In this document: piece after piece, positions 29,380-39,344 of the stretch | Numbering within the stretch: position 1 is the first letter of the stretch | Layout: each line of letters opens with the position of its first letter | Assembly (NCBI GenBank): GCA_937934305.1 | Contig: CALHAG010000002.1 | Span: 13,263-77,262, forward strand | DNA from: Candidatus Caldarchaeum subterraneum | Lineage (GTDB): Archaea; Thermoproteota; Nitrososphaeria_A; Caldarchaeales; Caldarchaeaceae | Length of the DNA stretch: 64,000 nucleotides | Direction: 5' to 3' | The notes under the pieces: model-generated | What the model saw: only the letters and a program-made list of their open reading frames with translations | Database searches by the model: none | Told to the model about the DNA's origin: nothing | Program-made: the position numbers and the translations under genes

Positions 29380-29787
29380 TTGTCCGAATCTGCCCTATTA
29401 GTTGGTGCTAAGTGTTTGGGTCTTGTTTATGTCGATGCGGTGGTTAAGAAGGGTGGCAAAAGTGTCGTGTTGAGACTTCTTGTAGACTCCGGAGCAACCT
29501 ATACCGTGTTGAAAAAGGATGTCTGGACAATACTAGGACTAGAGCCGCTTGGTGAAATAGACCTCATTCTAGCCGACGGCACAACCATCACAAGGAAGGT
29601 CTCCGAAGCAATCATCGAACTACCCGGATACGGCGAACGACATACACCAGTTGTGCTCGGAGAAGAGGAGGACGAGAACCTTCTCGGAATCGTCACCCTG
29701 GAGATTTTTGGGCTGATTCTCGACCCTCTCAAGAGAACTCTGAAACCTATTAGAGCCATACTGAAGACAGAACATCATAGTGGATAG
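29380..29787 (+). CDS. retropepsin-like (clan AA) aspartic protease domain protein
   Basis: LLVDSGATYTVL (D-S-G-A active-site motif), about 135 aa. TTG start uncertain. Confidence 0.6.
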   Translation: MSESALLVGAKCLGLVYVDAVVKKGGKSVVLRLLVDSGATYTVLKKDVWTILGLEPLGEIDLILADGTTITRKVSEAIIELPGYGERHTPVVLGEEEDENLLGIVTLEIFGLILDPLKRTLKPIRAILKTEHHSG

Positions 29788-29866
29788 AAATGCTTAGGAT
29801 GAGGTCTTCGCGAGTGTGATGATGATGTGGCAAATTTAGGATGCTTAAATAATTGGGTTAAAAACA

Positions 29867-30289
29867 TTGTTTTGCAGAGAGTTGAGGTTCTCCAGAGTTG
29901 AGGCTGAATATTGGTTTAAACAAGCTGTGGAAGATTTTAAACTTGCTGAGAAACTGTTATCAGACGGCAAGTATAACTACTCGGCTTTTCTAGCTCATCA
30001 GGCTGCTGAGAAGATTCTGAACGCTCTCATTATCGAGGTTTTGAGAGAGATTCCGCCTAGGGTTCACAACTTGTTAGAGCTGGGAGAGGCTCTGAGAAAA
30101 ACGGGAATAGACATGGCTGAGGTGGAGGATGGCCTGAAATACCTAAACCCACACTACCTCACATCACGTTACCCAGATGCTGCGAACGGCGTCCCCACCG
30201 AGGTCTACAGCAGACGCATGGCCGAGCTATGTCTACAATCTGCAAAGAGGGTTCTGGCTTGGGCAGAAAACTTACTCGAGAAGAAGTAA
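29867..30289 (+). CDS. HEPN domain protein (PF05168-type)
   Basis: LNPHYLTSRYPDAANG (sRYPD HEPN motif), 140 aa. Confidence 0.75.
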   Translation: MFCRELRFSRVEAEYWFKQAVEDFKLAEKLLSDGKYNYSAFLAHQAAEKILNALIIEVLREIPPRVHNLLELGEALRKTGIDMAEVEDGLKYLNPHYLTSRYPDAANGVPTEVYSRRMAELCLQSAKRVLAWAENLLEKK

Positions 30290-30294
30290 CCCAA

Positions 30295-30714
30295 ATGGTT
30301 TCAAACTATGTTGACGCCGTCAGGGAAAACGGGTTTGACGTAGTCTCCGCCGTACTGTTCGGCTCGAGGGCGAGAGGTGTAGAACTTGTATACAGCGACG
30401 TTGACCTGCTTCTTGTGCTCAGTAACTGTTCTTACGGATTTGTTGAGAGGATTGAGGCTTTGTCAAAGTTTTGGCGGCATGAGCTCAGTTTAGAGGTTTT
30501 TCCATACACAAAAGACGAGGTGATGAGATTGTTCAAAAGAGGCTCCATAACGCTTTACGACTGTCTAGAACACGGCATAATCATCTATGATGATGGATTC
30601 TTCTCATCTCTGAGGAGGCTTTTCGCCGAGTTGGTTGGAAAAGGCGTCATCAGAAGAGGGCCAAACGGCTGGTGGATGTTTCCAGAGCCAGACACTATCC
30701 GCATCCAAGGCTAA
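30295..30714 (+). CDS. minimal nucleotidyltransferase (MNT) partner of HEPN
   Basis: LFGSRARG...YSDVDLLLVL (GSx10DxD). Start may be the TTG at 30259 inside the HEPN 3' end. Confidence 0.75.
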   Translation: MVSNYVDAVRENGFDVVSAVLFGSRARGVELVYSDVDLLLVLSNCSYGFVERIEALSKFWRHELSLEVFPYTKDEVMRLFKRGSITLYDCLEHGIIIYDDGFFSSLRRLFAELVGKGVIRRGPNGWWMFPEPDTIRIQG

Positions 30715-30753
30715 TGGTTATTTTCTAGAAGATGCCTCGATAAGCGGCTGAGA

Positions 30754-31620
30754 ATGATTAGGAAGGTTGTGATAACTGCGGCGGGCCTTGGAACACGGCT
30801 GCTGCCTACAACCAAGGAGATGCCGAAGGAGATGCTGCCCATATATGTCCGGGCTGGAAACGGCCAGGTCACGCTCAAACCTCTCCTACAGGCGCTGTTT
30901 GAACAGCTCTACAACTTCGGATTCAGACAATTCTGCTTCGTCGTGGGCCGCGGAAAAAGAGCCATCGAGGACCACTTCACACCCGACTGGGACTTTGTCG
31001 AGAAAATGGACAAGATGGGGAAATATTCAACGGTCTCAGAACTTGTAGCCTTCTACAAGATGCTTGAAGAATCGGTTATTGTCTGGGTGAGCCAGCATGT
31101 TCCACGGGGGTTCGGAGACGCCGTCAGAACAGCACGCCACTTCGTAGGCGACGACGACTTCCTCCTCTGCGCAGGAGACACAATCATCCTCGGAAGCAAC
31201 ACCAACTTTCTCCAGAGACTCTTGGATGCAGGACCGCGTAATGAGCTTGACGCATCTCTCCTCGTCCAAAAAGTCGAGAACCCACAGCAGTATGGTGTGG
31301 TCGTGTCAAAGCCCCTCAGCCACAACCTCCACCAAGTATCCAAAGTGGTTGAGAAACCCAAGACACCTCCCTCCAACCTCGCCATCATGCCCTTCTACAT
31401 ATTCACACCACACATCATGAAAATGTTGGACATGATATCCGAGGGTGTGGGTGGAGAGATTCAGCTCACAGACGCCATACAGAAACTCATCGACATGGGT
31501 GGGAAGGTGTTGGCTGTTGAGCTGCTGGATAACGAGCTGCGGCTGGACATAGGAACGCCTGAAACATACATGGAGGCCCTGTCGCTGTCCTACAAATACG
31601 CGAACAGTGGTGAAAAATGA
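30754..31620 (+). CDS. sugar-1-phosphate nucleotidylyltransferase (UTP--glucose-1-phosphate uridylyltransferase GalU-like)
   Basis: VVITAAGLGTRLLPTTKEMPKEMLPI. Confidence 0.85.
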   Translation: MIRKVVITAAGLGTRLLPTTKEMPKEMLPIYVRAGNGQVTLKPLLQALFEQLYNFGFRQFCFVVGRGKRAIEDHFTPDWDFVEKMDKMGKYSTVSELVAFYKMLEESVIVWVSQHVPRGFGDAVRTARHFVGDDDFLLCAGDTIILGSNTNFLQRLLDAGPRNELDASLLVQKVENPQQYGVVVSKPLSHNLHQVSKVVEKPKTPPSNLAIMPFYIFTPHIMKMLDMISEGVGGEIQLTDAIQKLIDMGGKVLAVELLDNELRLDIGTPETYMEALSLSYKYANSGEK

Positions 31621-32930
31621 AGATAGCGGTTGTCGGCCTCGGATACGTGGGGTTGACAACAGCCGCTTGCCTAGCATCACGCGGATTCAAAGTAACAGGA
31701 ATAGACATAGACAGGCACAAGGTTGAGACAATCAACGAGGGGAAAACACCGTTCAAGGAGCCCGGGCTCGATAAATTATTGAAGAGAAGCAGGCTGAGAT
31801 GCAGCACCGACTACGCTGAGGCAGGGGACGCGGACTTTGTCTTCATATCGGTTGGAACACCCGCTGGGCCCGGTGGAGAGATTGACCTCTCCTATGTTGC
31901 GAGTGCTGCACATAGTTTGGGCGAGGTTTTGGCAAACAGTAAGAAACCATGCACGGTTGTGGTGAGAAGCACTGTTGTACCTGGAACAACCCGCGGGCTT
32001 GTGAAAAACGAGTTGGAGAAATCGTCGGGGAAGAAAGTTGGCGAGGATTTGTTTCTCTGCGTTAACCCCGAGTTTCTCCGCGAAGGCAACGCTGTCCACG
32101 ACACTTTCAACCCTGATAGAATAGTTATTGGCGACGACTGGGGCAGAGGTGGGAAAAACCTTCTCAGGCTCTACCGACGGTTCTATCGACGGAGAAAACC
32201 AGCCACCATATTGACGAGCACCGTCAACGCGGAGATGATAAAATACGCCAGCAACGCCTTCCTAGCGGCGCGTATAAGCCTCATCAACGAGATAGCCAAC
32301 ATCTGCAACCATATACCAGGCGCAGACATCACCGTAGTCTCCAAAGCAGTCGGCCTCGACAAGAGAATAGGGCCCTATTTCTTGAACGCTGGACTGGGAT
32401 ACGGCGGCAGCTGCTTCCCGAAAGACGTGAAAGCCTTGATAAAATATGCGGAGAATCTGGGGGAGAGGCCGCAGGTGCTCGAGGCCGTTGACAGGGTAAA
32501 CATGGGACAGCCTCTCAAAGCAGTCGAGCTCGCCGAAAAACTCCTCGGAAACCTAGATGGAAAAACAGCCGCAATCCTAGGCCTCGCCTTCAAACCCAAC
32601 ACAGACGACATCCGGGAAGCCGTCTCACTCAAAATAATCAAAACACTTCAGGAAAAAGGATGCAACATCAAGGCCTACGACCCCGCGGCCATGGAAAATG
32701 CGAAAAAAATCCTCGGAGACTCTGTGATTTACGCATCCTCGGCAGAAGACTGTCTGAGAGGTTCGGATTTCTGCATAGTTGTCACGGAGTGGGGGGAGTT
32801 TAGAAGGCTAGGGCCTGATGTTTTCCGCAAGCTGATGAGAAACCCTGTGGTGATTGATGGAAGAAGGATATACGACCCCGTGAAGTTCAGGGAGAAGCTA
32901 AAGTTTGCCGCGGTGGGCTTTGGTTCATGA
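31617..32930 (+). CDS. UDP-glucose / nucleotide-sugar 6-dehydrogenase
   Basis: MKIAVVGLGYVGLTTAACLA, catalytic GGSCFPKDV. Confidence 0.9.
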   Translation: MKIAVVGLGYVGLTTAACLASRGFKVTGIDIDRHKVETINEGKTPFKEPGLDKLLKRSRLRCSTDYAEAGDADFVFISVGTPAGPGGEIDLSYVASAAHSLGEVLANSKKPCTVVVRSTVVPGTTRGLVKNELEKSSGKKVGEDLFLCVNPEFLREGNAVHDTFNPDRIVIGDDWGRGGKNLLRLYRRFYRRRKPATILTSTVNAEMIKYASNAFLAARISLINEIANICNHIPGADITVVSKAVGLDKRIGPYFLNAGLGYGGSCFPKDVKALIKYAENLGERPQVLEAVDRVNMGQPLKAVELAEKLLGNLDGKTAAILGLAFKPNTDDIREAVSLKIIKTLQEKGCNIKAYDPAAMENAKKILGDSVIYASSAEDCLRGSDFCIVVTEWGEFRRLGPDVFRKLMRNPVVIDGRRIYDPVKFREKLKFAAVGFGS

Positions 32931-33898
32931 GGGTTTTGATGGTTGGGCGAAAGCCTTCGATAGCCTTGGATGAGCTGAGAAAATACTGGGGAACGGTTGA
33001 GGTGGCTACAGGTTTCTTCACTCCGAGGCTGACACGCTACGACCTCGTGATAGCTCAGGAACCAACCGTCAAGATAGGGCTGCCCGCCCTTCTGCAGGCA
33101 AAGCTTTCAAACGCCCTCTTAGTCACAGAGGTGCATGGAGACTACTTGAGGGGAAATTTTCTTCCCTGGAAAGACCGGTTATTCGCATGGTTTGCTCTAA
33201 AGTCGTCGGATTTCGTGAGAGCCGTTAACAATGGCATCGCGTCATTTCTCAAATCAAGGGGATTATCTAATGTTCATGTGATTCCAGCCGTGTACATCAG
33301 GTTGGACATTTTCAAACCTTTGAAAAATCCCGATGAGAGAGGGCATGTTGTTGTAACCGCGGCGAGGCTGGTTCCTGAGAAAGGTCTGGACCTGTTGCTA
33401 AAATCTGTTCCACTTCTGCTGCGAGATTTTCGGGACTTGGAGGTTAGGATACTCGGTGATGGGCCGATGCGGGAAACCCTGCAGCGATTGGCTAGGGAGC
33501 TTGGTGTTGAGGAGGTTGTAAAGTTTCTGGGCTGGGTTTCTCTGGAGGAGCTTGTCAAACACTATAACGAGGCCGCTGTCTTTGTCTGCACATCTATCTA
33601 CGAGGGTGGCCCGAGGACAGTTTTCGAAGCAGCCGCTTGTTTAACACCCAGCGTATCAACACCAGTGGGCATAGTTCCTGAGGTGTTAAAGGAGGAGGAG
33701 AGTGTGTTGCTTGTTGAGAGAAGGGACCCAGTTCTGCTTGCGAAGAAAATAGCACTGCTTCTACATGACAGGGACAAACGCCGTCGACTCGCTGAGAAGG
33801 CTCGCGAGATTGTTCTAAGAGAGTTTGAATGGCCCAAGTCAGTTGAGAGATATGCTAGGTTTTACATCAATTTAGCTGAGAGACGTTTGCTTAAGTAG
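32927..33898 (+). CDS. glycosyltransferase family 4 (GT-B, group 1)
   Basis: C-terminal E-x7-E region ...VCTSIYEGGPRTVFEAAAC. Confidence 0.8.
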   Translation: MRVLMVGRKPSIALDELRKYWGTVEVATGFFTPRLTRYDLVIAQEPTVKIGLPALLQAKLSNALLVTEVHGDYLRGNFLPWKDRLFAWFALKSSDFVRAVNNGIASFLKSRGLSNVHVIPAVYIRLDIFKPLKNPDERGHVVVTAARLVPEKGLDLLLKSVPLLLRDFRDLEVRILGDGPMRETLQRLARELGVEEVVKFLGWVSLEELVKHYNEAAVFVCTSIYEGGPRTVFEAAACLTPSVSTPVGIVPEVLKEEESVLLVERRDPVLLAKKIALLLHDRDKRRRLAEKAREIVLREFEWPKSVERYARFYINLAERRLLK

Positions 33899-35044
33899 TT
33901 CTGCAATCTGAGGAATTACAACCTCGTGGCTGAACTCTTTCTCTATCTTTCTTCTAGCTGCCTCCCCAAGCCTTCGGGCTAGGTTTTTATCACCTAGCAA
34001 TGTAATGAGTGCATCAGCTAGTTGCTCTATGTTTTGGCGTTCAACCAACAGCCCAGTCCCACCATGAATAATTGCCTCGGGTATCCCTGAGACCTTTGTT
34101 GCAACAACAGGAGCTTCACATGCCATGGCTTCTAGGATTGCTCTAGGTATTCCCTCGCCTCCTCGGGACGGGTATGCGAAGACACTACAATTAGCCATAT
34201 AGCGGGGAACCTCTTCATTGGGGATACCGCCTATGAAAAGCACCTTACCTGCTAGCCCGAGCTCATCTGTTTTCTTTTTCAGATGTTTTACGTACAGGTT
34301 GTCGCCTGTTCCCGCTATCACTAGCTGAACGTCTTTTATGTGTTGACAGACTGTTTTGAAAGCTTCGATGAGGTCTCCGACACCTTTTCCTTCGTTGATG
34401 CGGCCAACCCAGAAAACTGTGTCTGCCCCGTTTTTTAGCAGGTTAGGGGGTGACAGTCCGGGTCTGAACCTTTGTATGTTTACCGAGTTGTGTATGATGC
34501 GTACTTTCGATGGGTCGAGTCTGGGTAAGAAGTATCTGATTTCCGGCATCATGTATCGGGAATAGACTGTTACAGCGTCTGCCGAGTATGCGGCTCTCCT
34601 GAGAATCCATCTAAAGATTGATTTCTTCAGCCCGGGTCTCTCGTAGGGTTTGCCGAAGAGCCAAGTGCCGCCAAGAGTCAAGAGCGTGCGCTTGCGTCCT
34701 AGCTTCTTCGACATCCAAAGACTCATGAGTTCAGGTGGGCTGAAGGTTCTGACATAAACTATGTCAGCATGCGTCGTCAGCGGCCCTAATGTGTAAAAGA
34801 GGGTTTTAGTTGCTCCATAGATTTTCGGTATCTTAATTTTTGGAACCTGCTGTATCGTAAGATTGCTGGGAAGATTATCGGGCAGGTATTCTACCGTGTC
34901 CGTTACTATCGTAATTTTGTCGAGATACTCCGCTAACCTGAGATATTCCTCAAAATACTGTGCGTGGAGTGAGGCTGCCTTTAGACCGCTAATACGCCCA
35001 GTAAATGTAACGACTGAGACCATGTGGACCAAATCATCTATCAT
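33872..35044 (-). CDS. glycosyltransferase family 4
   Basis: FAYPSRGGEGIPRAILEAMACEAPVVATKVSGIPE. Confidence 0.85.
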   Translation of the reverse strand: MIDDLVHMVSVVTFTGRISGLKAASLHAQYFEEYLRLAEYLDKITIVTDTVEYLPDNLPSNLTIQQVPKIKIPKIYGATKTLFYTLGPLTTHADIVYVRTFSPPELMSLWMSKKLGRKRTLLTLGGTWLFGKPYERPGLKKSIFRWILRRAAYSADAVTVYSRYMMPEIRYFLPRLDPSKVRIIHNSVNIQRFRPGLSPPNLLKNGADTVFWVGRINEGKGVGDLIEAFKTVCQHIKDVQLVIAGTGDNLYVKHLKKKTDELGLAGKVLFIGGIPNEEVPRYMANCSVFAYPSRGGEGIPRAILEAMACEAPVVATKVSGIPEAIIHGGTGLLVERQNIEQLADALITLLGDKNLARRLGEAARRKIEKEFSHEVVIPQIAELLKQTSLS

Positions 35045-35117
35045 TGAAATAGTATTTTTAGTTGTTTTGTAGCCTTTTATCTAGGAAATTGTTTGGGAGG
35101 ACTGCCGGCTATATTTT

Positions 35118-36013
35118 CTATAATCCCGCCTTTAGTGAGCTTGGCGCAAAAAGATATATTTCCCATGGCGGCGAGAATCTTCCTAGGTTGGTGTATACAT
35201 AAAGTATTGATGCAGATATATTGACTATATAGAGTAGGATTTTGATGTTTCTGAGTCCTATTTTGTTGAGTAGAGGTTTACTGCCCAGCGAAATAGAAAT
35301 TTCTTCTAATCCTAATCCTGCAACGGGCATAGTGGCGTAGTAGGTTACGACGGCTATCCTTAAGTCACAGAATGGCCATGCTGCGTATGAGGCTAGGACC
35401 GGGATTAGCAGGGCGTAGAAGTTCAGGTTTAGCTTTCTGTCTGAAGTGTTTATAAATCCAATGAGTACGGCAGCGGCGCCGAGGGGAAATGACCTAAAGC
35501 AAGGGCCTTTAGTATGTCAATCAAATCCGAGTAGAAAGGGATACTGTAGCGTGTCTGGCTGTATTCGATACCAGCCCGCAGGTAGTGTGTTATGTAATTC
35601 TCGCCAAATGCAAGTGTTGTATATGTTTGCCAGACAATGGCCGGAATTGCTAGTAGGATGGTGAATTTTATTGTTTTTCTATATTCCTTGTCTATTAATC
35701 CCAATAAGACTATAGATAAAACAACTGGTAGTGTTGATTCTTTAGCTAGAAGCCCTACCCCTGCCAAGATAGGGACGAACAGAAGTTTACGCTCGTTCCG
35801 GAATTTTAGGTAAAGCCATAGTGTTAGAAAGGCGAAGAATGTAGCTCCGGCGAACGTGCCCGCATTTGTTGGCCGTTTTAGAAAACATGTTTTCGCTGTT
35901 CTAGAAATTAATAGGTTGAAGAACATGAGGCTTCCATCAAAGAGCTTACAGCCCAAGCACTGGAACAGCGGCTTGACCAACAATAGGTTCAAGCCCACTA
36001 TTATTATATGCAT
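35118..36013 (-). pseudogene. disrupted polytopic membrane protein (GT-C / mannosyltransferase-like?) split by a frameshift near 35485
   Basis: ORFs 36013..35450 and 35330..35118 are in different frames. Hand translation shows the second frame is open from about 35516 and overlaps the first (HFPSAPLP vs SFPLGAAAVLIGF). Low-GC segment. Confidence 0.4.
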
Positions 36014-36031
36014 GCATGAGCCATTCTACTG

Positions 36032-36694
36032 TTACGTTATTTTCTTCAACGCTTCAAGCCCGAATCCGGTTTCTGGTATTATGCGTGCAACCGGTGTCCA
36101 GACATAGTCAGCTAGAAGATATAATTTGTCTATTTTTCCTCTGCCAATTACTGGCCTGAATCCATATCCTTTTACAATGTATCCACGTTCGGCAAAATCT
36201 TGAACAGTCCATCCGGACCTGTGTTGTAAGGGGCCACACCTTTCTGGTTTTGTTTGGTGCCAGCCGTTTGGCGTTGTGAGATAGACATAACCTCCTTTCC
36301 TAGTTATTCTCTCCATTTCACTTAAGAGATGGTGTCCAGCTTGTTTGCTTAGATGCTCGATGACTTCTATGCATATGGTCAAGTCTGCGAAGCCGTCGGA
36401 GAGGGGTATGGGTTCTTTCGCCGAGTCAACTTTAACCGGTTTGTAGATTTTGCTGATTTCCGACAACGTCCTTAGATAAGGCTCGTAAACATTTAATCCA
36501 ACTACCTCAACAGGTCTACCGGCAATAGCTGCCAGCATGTGGCCCGCCCAGCCAAGCCTACAGCCAACATCAACAACAACCCTCTACTCATCACCCAACT
36601 CTCGGCAAAATGAAGCAAATCTAAAGGCGACAATCCCCTCGAGAAGACCCATATCAGCCACTTGTTTACCGCAGATGTATAAAAATTTGTTCAC
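36032..36694 (-). CDS. class I SAM-dependent methyltransferase, interrupted by an in-frame TAG (36586-36584) just before motif I
   Basis: Tracked ORF 36032..36538 starts inside motif I. In-frame upstream: VNKFLYICGKQVADMGLLEGIVAFRFASFCRELGDE-TAG-RVVVDVGCRLGWAGHMLAAIAG... (VVDVGCxxG is the SAM motif). Confidence 0.7.
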
Positions 36695-36699
36695 GTTGT

Positions 36700-38187
36700 T
36701 TATGAAAACATTCTGTTGAAAACGAGTTTTATCATGGTTTTGGCTTCGGTGTCTATGAGCATTATTGTTGCTGTGTAGGCTGCGGCTCCTGTGAGCAGTA
36801 TGGTGATTATTCGTGTTAGCTGGATGATGGCTGTGTTGCTTGGTGGGATGATGAGGTAGATGGGTGTTATGGCGGCTGTCATGAGGAGGGCGGCGATGAT
36901 GTATTTTGCGAGAGGCTTTGCGGGGAGTTGAAATTTTATTCGGCGACGCGAGAAGAGATAACCTACAGTGGTCAGAGATATGCTGAAGCCGAGGTGTGCA
37001 TAGGCCCAGAGCTGAGCGGTCTCCAGATGGGACATGGCCGCAGATTTTGCATACATCGTTGCGAACGAGAAGGCCGCTACATATGCGCTTGCGAGAACAA
37101 GGTAGAAAAGGTTGTAGCGGAAAATTCCCGACCTAAGATAATCGGCCAGAGAGACATCGCTTCTCTTATCCACTTCATCCAAGCCTCCGACAACGCTGGT
37201 GAAGAAATAGCTAAGCCCGTTTATGAAGTAGCTAATCGATAAGACAACGAGTATTGAGGAGGCCTCTGCATATGCCGGCCGGAGAAGCTGTAGAATGTCT
37301 CTTCCCAAGATTAGAGCGCCGAATAGTAGTGGGACACCGAGAAGCATAGCAAACCGGAAAACCTTCTCGATGTCTCTTGAGCCTCCTCCACCGAGTAATA
37401 CGGGGTAGAGACCCACCACGAGGTTGTTGTACATGCCGACGACAAGGGCGACGGTTAAAGCGGCTTGCCAGTAGGCGAGGGGTAGAGCGGAGCCGTAGAG
37501 TACGCCTCCGAGAAAAACATCCAACCCATACACGAACCCGCCCAGAACGGTCAGCAGAGGCACCGCGAACCCCTTCAACCATCTCAGCAAATCTCCAAAC
37601 CTAAAAGAGTCCAGAGTATTTCTCTGTAGGTAGATGAGAATGCTTGCTTGGAGAAGTTGGGCTAACGCGAGGGAGATGAAGACACCCGCGAGTCCGAGGC
37701 CGAGAAAATATACCGCGACAACCGCGAATGTGACTTTAGCCACTTCAAAGACTGCAAAGCCGTAGGCCGATGCGATGGGCTTATGGCCGTAGGACACACC
37801 CTCAGCCGTGTTCAAGAGATGTAGGATGGGGAGCTGTATCAGGCCCAGCATGACAACCCATGGTTCTCGGCCGATGGCCTCAGCTGAAAAAGCCACAACC
37901 CCGAGATAAGCTATGGATAGAATCAGTGACATAAGGACTGAGCCGGCTAACGCGGTTTTGAGAGGTTTGCCGCCTCGGCCCGCGTCCCTCCCGGCCCAGA
38001 AGCTGATAAAAGAAGCCGTTACCGCGAAATATGAGACCAGTCTACCGACGTAGGTCCATGCCCCGAAATCCTCTTCCGAAAGCCTTCTCGCGACAATCAC
38101 TGAGAAGATGAGGCCCGAGGCCAGGCTCGCCATCCTAACCACAAACGACACAAACCCTGTAAGACGGAGCCTCGGCCTCCCGGACAT
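36700..38187 (-). CDS. MOP-superfamily oligosaccharide/polysaccharide flippase (Wzx-like)
   Basis: 495 aa, about 14 TM helices. Confidence 0.85.
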   Translation of the reverse strand: MSGRPRLRLTGFVSFVVRMASLASGLIFSVIVARRLSEEDFGAWTYVGRLVSYFAVTASFISFWAGRDAGRGGKPLKTALAGSVLMSLILSIAYLGVVAFSAEAIGREPWVVMLGLIQLPILHLLNTAEGVSYGHKPIASAYGFAVFEVAKVTFAVVAVYFLGLGLAGVFISLALAQLLQASILIYLQRNTLDSFRFGDLLRWLKGFAVPLLTVLGGFVYGLDVFLGGVLYGSALPLAYWQAALTVALVVGMYNNLVVGLYPVLLGGGGSRDIEKVFRFAMLLGVPLLFGALILGRDILQLLRPAYAEASSILVVLSISYFINGLSYFFTSVVGGLDEVDKRSDVSLADYLRSGIFRYNLFYLVLASAYVAAFSFATMYAKSAAMSHLETAQLWAYAHLGFSISLTTVGYLFSRRRIKFQLPAKPLAKYIIAALLMTAAITPIYLIIPPSNTAIIQLTRIITILLTGAAAYTATIMLIDTEAKTMIKLVFNRMFS

Positions 38188-38259
38188 CGGAGAACCCTTA
38201 AAAACCTATATAATAACGATGAAAACAAGCCGCCAACATTAGATGAGAGTGATGGTAGC

Positions 38260-39339
38260 TTGATGAGAGTTAGGCTGGTTACGGCTGTCTCTGCTTATCC
38301 TTTCTATAACTTTAGGTATCTTAAGCTTTTGGACGAGTTTGCGAGGGTTTTTGATGTTTATTGTTTCGCGGGCAGGGCTTTGGGGAGAAGGGTTAGGCGA
38401 GCTGGTTTTAGGCTGGTGCATGTTTATCCCTTCACGGTTCCTCATAGAATCAGCTACGTTGTCGGCCCATACGTGGCCCAGTTTTTCATGAATGTTATTC
38501 GGGCGGATGTTGTTTGGGTGTTCGACACGGCAACGGCTTTGGCTCCCAACTTTTTACGGTCTCCTGCTGTGCTTGACGTAGAGGACCCGAAGGTTGTTCT
38601 TCCACCGGATGAGCTGGCTAAGCAGTCGAGGCTGTCTTTCGTTCATGAGATGAGGATGCTGAGGGATAAGCGGTTTAGGAAAATAGTTGTAACTACGGAG
38701 ATGATTCGACGAAAGTTTGTTAGTCTCGGGGTTGATAAAGAGAGAATAGAGGTTATTCCATACGGTGTTGATACAGAGTTGTTCAAGCCCTCTCCCCTGC
38801 CCGACGAGCCGGTGGTGCTATACTATGGCACGTTTCAGCCCCATCGGGCACAACTCCTCGTCAAGGTCGTGGAAAAGGTGGCGTCTATGCGGAGTGATAT
38901 AAGGTTTCTGCTGGTGGGGGATGTGCCACAGCCCGTAGCGACCATGTTGAAAAAGGTTGCTGGTGATAGGGTTGAGATGCCCGGTTTTGTTCCACATGAC
39001 GAGCTTCCAAAATGGATTCAGAAATCAAGAATATGTATCTTGACACAGGACAGGTCTTTAGGCGGGAGACTCTCTTTCAAACTACTTGAATACATGGCCT
39101 CTGGAAGGCCTGTGGTCTCAACCGACGTCGACGAATCTTTTCCAGTTCGGGATTCGGGCGCGGGAATAGTAACCCCCATAGACGCCGACGCTATGGCTAA
39201 CGCCATAATCCAATTAATAGATGACGATGCATTGGCTAAGCAGATGGCTGAAAGAGGCGTCAACTACGCAAAACAGTTTGACTGGCGCATGATGGTTGAC
39301 AAATACGTCAACCTAATCAAACAAGTAGCCCAGACGTAG
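38260..39339 (+). CDS. glycosyltransferase family 4
   Basis: GFVPHDELPKW...LLEYMASGRPVVSTDV. Confidence 0.8.
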   Translation: MMRVRLVTAVSAYPFYNFRYLKLLDEFARVFDVYCFAGRALGRRVRRAGFRLVHVYPFTVPHRISYVVGPYVAQFFMNVIRADVVWVFDTATALAPNFLRSPAVLDVEDPKVVLPPDELAKQSRLSFVHEMRMLRDKRFRKIVVTTEMIRRKFVSLGVDKERIEVIPYGVDTELFKPSPLPDEPVVLYYGTFQPHRAQLLVKVVEKVASMRSDIRFLLVGDVPQPVATMLKKVAGDRVEMPGFVPHDELPKWIQKSRICILTQDRSLGGRLSFKLLEYMASGRPVVSTDVDESFPVRDSGAGIVTPIDADAMANAIIQLIDDDALAKQMAERGVNYAKQFDWRMMVDKYVNLIKQVAQT

Positions 39340-39344
39340 AGTGC

